64,000 nucleotides of DNA from Lepidodermella squamata (taxonomy: Eukaryota > Animalia > Gastrotricha). The stretch spans positions 4,154,001 through 4,218,000 of the forward strand of contig JBLDXI010000007.1 of NCBI GenBank assembly GCA_047495785.1, read 5' to 3'. Position numbers and translations under genes: made by a program. How positions within the stretch are numbered: the first letter of the stretch is position 1; each line of letters begins with the position of its first letter. Positions 1 to 10,479 of the stretch are shown piece after piece. Below the pieces are notes generated by a model. It was not told the DNA's origin. It made no database searches and saw only the letters and a program-made list of their open reading frames with translations.

Positions 1-340
1 AGACTGGACGAAGACCAGCGAGGACGAACGGCGGTTATGAACAACGGCAACTTCAGATGCGGAACCTGTGCAGCATTTCGTTCAACTCCGCGAGACGTGA
101 ACAATTTGGGGTGCCACTTTGGGGGTCAGAGTAAAAAAATTTAATATTAGGAGAAAATGAGAATATATGGAAAAATGTGAAACCGGAACGGCCTAGAGGC
201 AGGCCTAAACTAAGGAGGCTCGACTGTGTTAAGAAAAAAATTGGGACGCGTGGCAATAAAAAATGTTGACAGATGATTTAGCGCAGCGAAACGTCAAGCC
301 CAACGAGAGAGTCTAGAGAAAAATTCAACTATGGGACGGA
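1..340 (+). mobile_element. Decayed 3' end of an RTE-like non-LTR retrotransposon
   Basis: Broken frames read WTKTSEDERRL* and KPERPRGRPKLRRLDCVKK, resembling the RTE ORF C-terminus (WT...ERRL; RPRGRP..RW.D). Stops and frameshifts present. Confidence 0.55.
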
Positions 341-945
341 ATACCGAAAACCTGCTTCCCGGAAAATGTTAACATTTATCTGTTCAAATGCTACATGAAC
401 GAATTAGAGATGTCGTTATAGTCTGCAGTGCGCATCCGAAAGATTATGTAAATAAATAACAAACAATTTTCCTTTTTAAATACAGCTCGACGCCTCCTCG
501 GCACGTGCCGTAGTAGCTGGGCTACAAATCGAGCCAGGACTCTGCATCGAAAAATTTCAATTTACCTAATAGGCTTTTAAACCGGACGGGGCTTATGTAA
601 CTAAGGTAATTAATTTTCTAAAACGCCTTTCAAAAGGACATAGCAACTAGAAAAGTAAGAAATGGAAGCTTAGCTTTAAATAAAACCCAATGCTGAATGA
701 AATAATGTTTAGAATAAATATTAATATTGGGCGAATTTTCAAATAGTTGCAAACGCATACTTAATACCGATATATGTACATATATTATGTACACCCACGC
801 TTCTCTTGAATCATAAATGAGAATCATTCTTGTGTCTACGTTTCTTATCAGCGTCAATATATCACACTTGCCGACCCAACAGTTGTACGTCGCCGAATGC
901 AAAGTGAGTAATGTGATGATTAACGCCTAGGCCTTATCTCAGCCA

Positions 946-952
946 TATAAAA
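946..952 (+). promoter_or_regulatory. Candidate TATA box of the 1025 gene
   Basis: TATAAAA about 75 bp upstream of the ATG at 1025; AATAAA at 1441 downstream of the stop. Confidence 0.4.
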
Positions 953-1024
953 GGAGTTGACTTTACGAGGCATGGAACCCACTTCCCGAAGCAAGTGCTG
1001 CTAGGAGCTATTTTAAACCAAAAG

Positions 1025-1372
1025 ATGGACACCGTCGCGCCCTCTCCGGACAATGTGAAGAACCAGCCGTCGGCTTACCTCAACATGCCTGACGTGCAAC
1101 CAAATTCTCCTGCGCCTCCAGCTTATCAATACACAGCTAGCCCCGGTGCCGGGTCCATCGTCACCTATTCGAATGGCCTGGCTGTTGTCGGCTCGTCGAG
1201 CGGATTTGCCGCGCAACCGCCAATGACAATTGAAGCAGGCCCGCCGACACACTACGCCGCGCAGCCCCCGAAACTTTATTGTCAGCAAGTCTTAGTTGGC
1301 ATAATTACAGGCGTGCTTATTTTATCGATGATTGGTGCCATTGTTGGTCTCGTTTATGCTCTTGTTGTTTGA
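1025..1372 (+). CDS. Small Pro-rich tail-anchored membrane protein, YQYTAxPG family copy 1
   Basis: ATG at 1025; PPAYQYTASPG motif; C-terminal hydrophobic helix VLVGIITGVLILSMIGAIVGLVYALVV; polyA signal at 1441. Confidence 0.75.
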   Translation: MDTVAPSPDNVKNQPSAYLNMPDVQPNSPAPPAYQYTASPGAGSIVTYSNGLAVVGSSSGFAAQPPMTIEAGPPTHYAAQPPKLYCQQVLVGIITGVLILSMIGAIVGLVYALVV

Positions 1373-2818
1373 TAATTACTCATCATTATTATTTTGTCTT
1401 CTGGCTGCATAAATTCAGTTGTTCTGGTTATTTTCTGAGTAATAAATAAAGTGGAATATATAAAAATTGATAATAATAAGGCTGGCTTAGTAGACACATA
1501 CCGTCATTTGGGGTAAAATGAACCATTAATCTTCACTTTAATAAACCTTTAACAAGACCACGTTGATCCATTAGAAGCAGTTAGGACACCGGGGCTTGGA
1601 CCCTGCAATGTAATCAAAATGTTGCCGATGAATACGGATGAATACATTAAAAGCTAGGTTTATTTACTACAGCTGCGGCGTCCTAGCTACTCATGCGTTG
1701 ATCCTATCGATCCATGGTATTTATACAGCATGAACAGTAGCTACTTCACCATACAAAGAAAGTCAGTGGATCAGCAAGATCGATTATCGTTCCATCCATA
1801 TAAGGAAATCCACACTTGATCGCACTGCGTGTTAAGGTAAGTTAGGTATGTCAAGTGATAGTAGGTTGTCGAGCAGCAATTGTAGGTCTTACGGAAACTC
1901 GCCTTGTCAGCGCGCGACGATCGACTCTAACAGCTTGCCATCGACTGGGGGCATCGAGATGGGCCTCTGAGCGCCCACATATTACGACTTATAGGCACGG
2001 AAATGACATTGGCTTCTTTCCATTCCGGCTGAACAAACCGAGAGCCGAGGCTAAGATGAGACTGATATTATAAAGAAATATAAATATCGAGGATAAAATT
2101 GAACTGAGAGATGAGAAGTTGAATCGGCGGTCCACCAAATTTGTAAACGATAATGCCTTATTCCGTTAAACGGCCTCAAAAAAGCATCAGCCACTATGCG
2201 CCGGTTGGCAGTTGACTATTGGTTAGTGATGACGCGGCGGCTTTGTATCGCGGTACCGGGCGTCAAGATCTGACGTCAAGATAGGCTAATGTCTTTCCCC
2301 ACGACACAGGACTGAGATCGCCGCTGAAAAAGTTGTGAACCTCGGGTCGAGCCGCATTACAAATACCGATTTTGTTTTCAAAATTTCGGAATAGTACTCT
2401 GGCCCGGGTGTGACTGGCTGCACTCTACAGATGTGGCGAGATGGGGCGACATTGCAGCTGTAATGAATAGGGTGGTAAGTCATCATAAGCTAAGATTCAG
2501 ATTCTCAGTGATGTCATTAGAATTCGTCTTCGTCGCTGTAGAGCCGAGGTGATTGCATTATGCATGGAAAATGGAAAGCGTGCAAGAATACATTCTCGCC
2601 GCCACACAGTAACGAATGACGACAGTACGAGGTTCCCCCGGCATTTGTTAATCACCCTGCCCGGAGATGGCAACACGGACACCGGACACACGGGGTTTCT
2701 TTATCTTCCGTGAAGTGAATGAATCACACGCCACCAACTTATCGCAGTACTTAAATACGTCGCCCGTCGAAGCACTTGTTCATTGTCTATTATCGAATTC
2801 ATCGCATCAAATCAACAT

Positions 2819-3226
2819 ATGAATTTGGACGAAAAAGCGTCGGCCCAGGTCGATGTTGGCAAGCCTGCTGTACCAACAATGGTGGAATATACTGAGAGAA
2901 CGGCACCTTTCGATGATTCTTCGGTACCACCCTACCAATATACCGCATCACCTGGCGTGAACACAGCGGTTACCTTCAATGGCAGCCAAGCTGTTTTTAT
3001 GCCAGTGTCTCCTGCCTACGCTGACAACCAGCCTGCCCAAGTCTATCTAGGTCAAGCCTACCCCGGTCAAGCTATTTATCAACCTACACCGCCGATGATT
3101 GGGGCATATTATGACAATCAACAACTGCGGAGCACGGGCTATTATGTAACAGTCAGCATTATGGCATTTCTAGGCATCTGCTTTATAGCTGCCGGGATTA
3201 CGATTCCAATTTATTATTTAGCCTGA
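2819..3226 (+). CDS. YQYTAxPG family copy 2
   Basis: VPPYQYTASPG motif; C-terminal TM helix; AATAAA at 3313. Confidence 0.75.
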   Translation: MNLDEKASAQVDVGKPAVPTMVEYTERTAPFDDSSVPPYQYTASPGVNTAVTFNGSQAVFMPVSPAYADNQPAQVYLGQAYPGQAIYQPTPPMIGAYYDNQQLRSTGYYVTVSIMAFLGICFIAAGITIPIYYLA

Positions 3227-3449
3227 AGATTCGGAAACGCTCTTTTTAACCTAACGATTTCTTTGGCGTGTCGACGCTAACAAGGTCATTTCGATGCATC
3301 CATAATATAACCAATAAATATAGTAGTAAATGATGCGAACAATTAGTTTGGAGATTACAACCTTTGAGCTGTCCTGCTTGTTGAACCTGATTCAGTGTTG
3401 TCGCTGAACTTCACGTAACCTTGATTAAGTTCTTCTGAGTTTTCTTACA

Positions 3450-3624
3450 TCGTTAACGGCGCGCCTAAACAACCACTTAGACTCATTCGATCGTACTTTC
3501 AGTCGCCTAACGTATTGGTGAAGTACGTTAGGCTTATTGAGCACCAATTTTTTCATCTATCGAACGTACTTTCCATATAAAATCTATAAATAGTGAAGTG
3601 GTTGTTTCGGCGCGTCGCTAACGA
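3450..3624. mobile_element. MITE with ~29-bp imperfect TIRs starting TCGTTA(A/G)CG
   Basis: 3450-3478 is an imperfect reverse complement of 3596-3624; CA dinucleotide on both flanks. Confidence 0.6.
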
Positions 3625-3822
3625 CATGTCCCAATCTGCGACTATCGCCATTTTTCCGATTACAAAGCATTAGAGTTGAATCATCGGAACTATTTATATG
3701 AATAGAGTATCAGTCCGTTTTTGTTTGCTATCCAAATTAGCTCATGCAGTTCCTCGATAAATGGCTCGTTACTCATTACCATAGAGAGGTGGTCTTATCA
3801 GCATTACAGTTCTGTATTCTGT

Positions 3823-4146
3823 ATGAAAAACAAATCCTTGTCTAACTTGCTGGACAATAACCTCAGTCGCAATCACAAACGCCAGTGTGGTCAAAAATCA
3901 ATGTCTACAAGCTATTACCAATACACGGCAACCCCTGGCGATAACTCAACGGTTAACTACAGCAGTGGGCAGGCTGTTGTAGGGCCGATTTATGCTTATT
4001 CTGGTGTATGCACCCGCGACGAACCGCCTCAACAAAAATCGAGCCATGTAATCATCGCTGCTGTTGGAATATCAATTGTTGTGTTCTTAACAATAACTGG
4101 CATCACTGTAGCTATTGTTGTTGTAAAACTGAACGGTTTCGGGTGA
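3823..4146 (+). CDS. YQYTAxPG family copy 3 (start at 3823 or 3901)
   Basis: YYQYTATPG...SGQAVVG matches copies 1 and 2; C-terminal TM helix; AATAAA near 4162. Confidence 0.65.
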   Translation: MKNKSLSNLLDNNLSRNHKRQCGQKSMSTSYYQYTATPGDNSTVNYSSGQAVVGPIYAYSGVCTRDEPPQQKSSHVIIAAVGISIVVFLTITGITVAIVVVKLNGFG

Positions 4147-4414
4147 TATTTATCATTAAACAATAAAACGCACCACTTTTTATCATCGGGCGCATTTTTA
4201 GAGCGAAAAAAATGAATGCACTGAAAACGTCCAGACTGCGGATGCATCCGACTCATCGGACAACTGTAGCGCAGTTGCGGTTGAATAATTTCGCTGGCCA
4301 ACGTCAGCACTTTACACTAGATACACACTCATCGCATTCCTAAGCTATTATAGTAGTAGCTTTGATACATATTACTGATTACCTGGCTAATTTCTCGCAA
4401 AAATTTGTTCAACA

Positions 4415-7400
4415 ATGAAATTTATCCTTTTCACTACCGGATACTTGGCTTTGTTCTGCTCGGAGCTTATTTCAGCTCAATCTGGGGATGGCTTAATCGA
4501 AGCTGGTTCAGGAGACGTCCAGGTCAAGTCTCTCGCTGAAGCGAATGAGGATCAAATTCATAAGAAACCTAGTATTTCAAAGGACGACTTAGCGAAAAGA
4601 TTGTTTGACGCAGTGGAGAAAGACGATTTGGAGGGCATTGCTCGACTGTACAGCGAATTCCCTCAGAAGCGCCTAGACTCCATTAAAAATGCGCGAAAAT
4701 TCAACTCCATGCATGTTGCCGTTGCGTCGAATTCGACTAGAGTTATCAATTTCATGTTCGAAACAGCAAATACGACAAAATTGTTGCTACAACAGAACTC
4801 GCTCGGGGAACTGCCTTTACACCTAGCTTTAGCAAAGGGCTACAACGCCTTGGCCTGGCGAATGCTTAACGTTTCCAGCGTTGATAATCGGAAGAGAATG
4901 ATCAAATGGGCGACGAAATCCGGTGGCACGCCGCTGTTTTACGTGGCCCAGGCTCCCGGTAGAACGCGTCCTCACGTTATTGCAAATTTTCTGGTCCAGC
5001 AACTCAAGGCGAATCTTACACATCGAAGCAAAAACGGTGATTTAGTGATTCACGAGGCGATAAAGCGGCGAAATATCAATTTGCTGAAGTATTTACTCGA
5101 GAATAACACCCATGCGTTTGAAGGTTACGTCACTGGGAACAAACTCCACTGCGGGAAGGCTTTGTCGCATTACGTGGCTGAGTACAACATCGCGTCTTTC
5201 ATTGATAACGTGAAGCCGGAATTTCTGGACCTGTCGGCAGTTGATAGCCATGGCCAAACTCCTTTGTGCTGGGCTGTCGCGAATTCGAGTTTCGCTTTCG
5301 TCAATAAATTGGTTGCGAAGCAAAGGAACCCTGCTGGAATCTCAGTCGCAGCTAGTCGTTGTGTCTTGAGACACCCGTCTACAGCGGTTACGGGGCCTCC
5401 ACTTCATCTAGCGGCGCAATTAGGAAATTTTAATATGTCCAAGATTTTGGTTGCGAAACTAAACGCCAGTGTTTCTCAGAGGGATTCTATTGGCGGCACA
5501 GCGCTTCATGCGTGAGTTTTTTTTTAAATTTTGATAGCATTTTTGTTTTGGGATTGTGGGAGACTTCTCGCCAGTTAGAGCCAAAGTCAGTTAGAACACA
5601 AGGCTGGAAAATTCTAAGAAAATGTTGAGTTAATTTTTCTTGTTAAATATCTTGTTATTTATTGTTTTAAATAGAATTGCATACCAGGATCCAGCAATTG
5701 ATGAAACGAAAAATCTGCTGGCAACAGAGGACGATAAGGAGTTCATTCTACCCGACGCTTCCATAAAAGCAGCCAAGAAAACAAAGCTAAACATCGCAGC
5801 AATCGCTAGATTTTTGCTCCGTTACAATCGAAAATTGCTTGAAACCCCCGATACCGAGCTGGGCAGGACGCCATGGCTAACTGCGGTAGCTCTCAAGTCG
5901 AATTTGATTGCTGACGTGTTCGCTAACGACCTTGGTGCTAATCAAACTGTTACAGATAAACGAGGGCTAACAGGTCTTCATTTGACAAGCAACGAGGATC
6001 AGCTGAAGAAACTAGTGGAGACAAACCCGAGGGCATTTGGCGACATCAATTTAGCAACGTCTGATGCTGGGTCAGGATCAGATTCGCAACTGGCATCAGG
6101 TGATACTAACTTACCATAGTCTCTGACTCCACTGATATTTCATGAAATTAAAACCAGTGAATTATTTATGATCAATAAATTAAGTATGACCCATAGCCCT
6201 AGCCCTTTTTTACCTAATTCCTGTCTTAGGCTGGACGCCTTTGATGGTTTCGGTCGAGGATCGAAGGCCTCTACGTTTCATTTCCCACCTAGTCTCAAGG
6301 GGCGCGAATATGTCGATGACGAATAGCCTCGGTCAATCTCTGCTTCACATAGCTGCCAAGTCGAACAACACTGGGTTTATTGAACAATTTTCAGATCGTC
6401 TCGACTTCTCACATCGGGACGCCTCTGGAAAAACTGTCTTGACCTACGCTATCGAACTCGGCCACTTCGACGTAGCGCGCATCTTGTTGTGGCACCAGCA
6501 AAAGGGAAACATGAATCGTAGCAAAAGTTAGATGACTTTTTGGAATTTTTGGACTTTTGCAGCTTTTCCCTTAGATTGTCTATGCGCTCCACTGACGAGT
6601 GTCCTGAAAATGGACAACGCGGCGTTCGATTTGCCTTGGAATGACGTTAGAAGCTATCAATTGGAAACCGGTCTCTTCTGCTATGGAGCACAAGCCACTC
6701 TCCGATGCGAACAGGTAGGTTGCAACTCGAAAAAGCAAATGAAAATTCCAATTTTCTTTCAATGATTTCGAAGGCTAGATCAAAACCTCATCTCGCTCCT
6801 AGGGGCCATTTTCTGATTTTCCCTTGTTTCTTGTTTCAGGGAACTAAATTATTTGGATCTCCCGATGTGACGTGCTCAACATCCGGCGCATGGGAACTGC
6901 GTGGATATTGCCTTACCGAGGAAGAAGACGCGGAAAAGAGCAGCAGTGAAAGCGACGAAGATGACAGCGGGGAGAGCAAAAGAAAATTCCGCCGCGAAGA
7001 GCCTGAAGACACTACTAACCATCTAACAACCACGCCACGTGCTGAAATCTTCAAAGAACTAGTTTCTTTCGTTTCGTTCTACTTCTTCAATATCAGTAAC
7101 GTCGACGAGATCTACAGTGACTCTGCGAGGCCTCATGTTACCGAAATCGGACCTTACACATACCGCTTGGTTCGAAGATTTGAGTACTCATCAGCAGAAG
7201 ACATTGAGAATGCTACATATCGTGAACGCCGTCTCTACCATTTCGACAGCGAGAGATCTGAACATCGATCGGAGACAGACGCTTTCACGAATTTAGATAT
7301 TGTCAGCTACGTTTTCGCAAGAGCTGTGTTCCGGCAAGGTTCTCATAGCTTGTTGGACAATACACTGACAAAATCAGACCGACAGCAGCCTTTCAAGCAA

Positions 7401-8072
7401 TATCGAGTGCGAGACTTTCTGTTCGGAGCTGAGGATGACTTGCTAGCTGAATGGATCAAAATTAGACATCCTAGTTCATTGAAATCAATATTACCATCTT
7501 TCGGAATCTATGTCAACCAATCAAACGGTCATAGCAAAAACGGATCGATTTTCACTGAAAGAAGTACCGTTGCAGCCGATATTGATTCAATGCTTTTGGG
7601 CAAAAGTGTTGACGAAGATGTGAAAGAGCTCTCTTACTACACTACTGATGCTTGTTACGGAATGAAGCTGGAACAGTCCGAGGACTCAGCCGAAGGGATT
7701 GAAGAGCAATATTTTATGCTTGACATTGTCAAATGGGCAGCTGAAGTTGGCGAGATCAATCAGAAGCTATGTCGAAAAGGCTGCCTCGGACGGGGTCTCT
7801 TGAACATTTCAGCCTGTAGGAATATGGCCTTTATCGCCTCTCTACCTCATTTGGCGGGAGCTGATCTAGATGATGATTCTAAGCCGCTTGGCTTGGAGCC
7901 AAATTTGAACTCGCACATACCTCACGCCGTGATGCAAAACGGCGAGATTTTGGATTTTGCAAAATTTCTGCAATTCAACTGGCGTGTTGCCAAATTTGAC
8001 TACCTCAATTACTCGAAACTGCCTGATAACCTCATTCTACCTCTTATGTGGTATGTTGAGAAGCCAAAGTAG
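4415..8072 (+). CDS. Secreted ankyrin-repeat / Sushi(CCP) / CD36-ectodomain fusion protein, 5 exons (4415-5511, 5675-6099, 6230-6526, 6575-6714, 6840-8072)
   Basis: Signal peptide; many ankyrin motifs (GELPLHLA, GGTPLFY, GQTPLCWA, GWTPLMVS, GKTVLTYA); Sushi pattern ...YGAQATLRCEQGTKLFGSPDVTCSTSGAWELRGYC across a splice; CD36 signatures FYFFNISN...EIGPYTYR, GLLNISAC...SLPHL, LPLMWY. All four introns are GT-AG and phase-compatible; AATAAA at 8127. Confidence 0.8.
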
Positions 8073-8227
8073 AGCGTATTTCTATTTACATATTTGAGCT
8101 TTTGAGAGCACCGGTCCCTAAATATGAATAAAATACAATAGTTCAATACAAGACGCCTGTTTTTTCCCGAGATGAATATCAAAGTCTTTTTACAAGTCAC
8201 CATTTATTAAAATGTCTTTTATTGAAC

Positions 8228-8893
8228 ATGGCTGGCAAGTTCATTCTACATTATTTTGATGAAGAGGGCCGTGGCGAAGCTATCAGGTGGATATTGGCCT
8301 ACAGCCGGGTCGGATTCGAAGATCATCGGTACAACATGGAAAAATGGCCCGCCATAAAGTCTCGCTTTCCCTTGGAACAACTTCCTATGCTTGAATGGAC
8401 AAGTGCTGATGGCGAGCAATCTCTGAAACTGGTTCAAACCGCCGCTATTACGAAATTCCTGTCGAAAATTCTTGACTTGGAGGGCTCGACTGAGTTGCAG
8501 CGAGTTAGGTCAGATCAGGCCTATGACTGTCTGCGAGAATTTCAAGATTCCCTAATTCGAGGGATGAGCGATGGCGATGCTGATGGCATTAGTAAGGTTA
8601 TTACTGACGATTTTCCGAGAATATTCGGTTATCTCGAGCGCGAAGCTAAGAAACGAAAAACTCTCTCGGGGTCTAAAAAGGTTTTCTAACACTCGCTTAT
8701 GAATTTTCGCTAATTTTCTTCCTATCAGTTCACATACCCAGACATCGTTCTGGCTTCGTTTTACCACTATGCCGATGGTAATTTGAAAATGTTCATCCCG
8801 GACTGGTCACCCTATCCGAACATCAAACGGATTTGCTGCACAGTTGCTAATTCACCTGGTGTCAAAGCTTATTTAGCGAAAAAACCTAAATAA
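8228..8893 (+). CDS. Glutathione S-transferase, sigma-like (exons 8228-8680, 8729-8893)
   Basis: LHYF...GRGEAIR, QLPML, QTAAI; spliced C-terminus FTYPD...YPNIK...PGVKAYLAKKP. Confidence 0.92.
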
Positions 8894-9189
8894 AATGTTC
8901 CCTTTTTGGAAAACCTTTGTTTTAGTTAATTGGTGGCAAGCAGCAATCAAATTGTGTAGGAGTCCGGTATACTATGGGTTTTACTGAAAGATGTGTACAT
9001 AGCCGCCAAGGCTTCTTCGGGGGTTATACTAACCTCTTTAACAGGTATCTTTAAAACTAAATGAGCTGGGTTTTCCATTTGCATCAATTCCTTTATTCAA
9101 ATTGAATCGAAGCAGATCTCAAAGTTAACAGCCAAACCATAACAAATTGTCATCCTGGGAAATGAGCTGTCGAAGCTCTCTGAGAAAAA

Positions 9190-9861
9190 TCACAACAAAT
9201 CTTGAATTTCGCATGTTTCCACCGGTGGATGTTTGAAAGAAACGTCACAGAAAGTATTAGCAGCTAAGAAGCATTCTCGTAGCCGGCGAACAGACATTTT
9301 AACATCGGGCCAATATGCGTAGCGAAAGACGTAGTAGAGCCAGTACGATAACATAACAAGCAAAACAAACTTGAGTGAGCAAATCGATATCAAAAAGGAA
9401 AATTCAGCAGCAGTGCAAGTCTTTTCATTCGACAGCGTTGAGTTCGTAAGGGCAGTGAATTCGATCAGCTTTGCTTCCCCAGCCACGGCAGAATCCATTT
9501 TTCGAAGAAGTTGGTCGTCAAAGCCAAGAGCGTGGAAGATGTTTGCGATCACGTTCGATAGCAGTATGGAAATCGGTAGAATGAGCAGATTGAACAGATC
9601 TTCTCGCTCGAAATCATCTGGCCAACGCCATTTCTTGAAGGGTTTGAACATTCGCCTTACCTCAACTTTGTATGGACTCTGACATAGCTCGCAGTTTAAT
9701 CTTGTATAAGCTCGTGTTGCTAAGCTCGTTGATAAACAATTCAAGTGAATGAAGGCTAGACTTCCTTTACAGAGGCAAAATTTGGTGAACAATGGTCCGG
9801 CTTGTTCGTCCGCCCCGCAGTAACAAATTCGGCATATAGATTCCGAGCTTGAAGTGTTCAT
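9190..9861 (-). CDS. MARCH-type RING-CH membrane E3 ubiquitin ligase
   Basis: CRICY...CLCKGSLAFIHLNCL...CELCQSPY (C4HC3 RING-CH) followed by two hydrophobic segments. Confidence 0.9.
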   Translation of the reverse strand: MNTSSSESICRICYCGADEQAGPLFTKFCLCKGSLAFIHLNCLSTSLATRAYTRLNCELCQSPYKVEVRRMFKPFKKWRWPDDFEREDLFNLLILPISILLSNVIANIFHALGFDDQLLRKMDSAVAGEAKLIEFTALTNSTLSNEKTCTAAEFSFLISICSLKFVLLVMLSYWLYYVFRYAYWPDVKMSVRRLRECFLAANTFCDVSFKHPPVETCEIQDLL

Positions 9862-10479
9862 TCAGCTAATGTACGATGTTAAAACAGATGAGCTTATGAG
9901 TTGCTAGTAGTAGCATGATAACGAACACGTGTTACCCAGTGGGGTAATAACAGCTGAGTAAATATGCCGCATTGAGATCTTTCATCTTGCGAGTTCAGCG
10001 GTCAAGCTGCTTGAAAAAGCTAAGCTTCATATGTGCTTCATACATAGGTACCAGGCCTTGCTATTTCTTGTAGTCCGCAGCCCTAACAAAATCAGACAAG
10101 GCTATTTTCAAAAACGGTCCAGCGAAGTCTTTGAAAGGCTCAGTAATTTTATATCGAAGGTCTGGAAGTTGTTTACCTATTGCAATGCCGGAAATTATCA
10201 TCACTCCCCAAGTTGAAATAAGGAATCAAGTTATTTTTTCTTGGTCGTCTGGTCTACGCACCAGTAGTTTACGATTGATGCGAATCTAGGCTGCTAGGTG
10301 ATGGGAATTTCAAACTACAGTGTGGCGTCATATATGCTACGCATTCTCACATTCGTGCATCTACAACCGATGATTGACGCGTCAGATCAGCTGCAAAACA
10401 AAGTTATCGATTCATCAGAAAGTTAGTTTTGTCGGATACATCCACCCTCCCCCAGCCATTTTCCAACCAAAGAAATACA

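Noticed and set aside
2400-2690. Possible LINE ORF1 remnant on the minus strand (PRTVVIRY...ITENL); similar weak hint at 47435-47752
   Set aside because: Too short and interrupted to support without a search.
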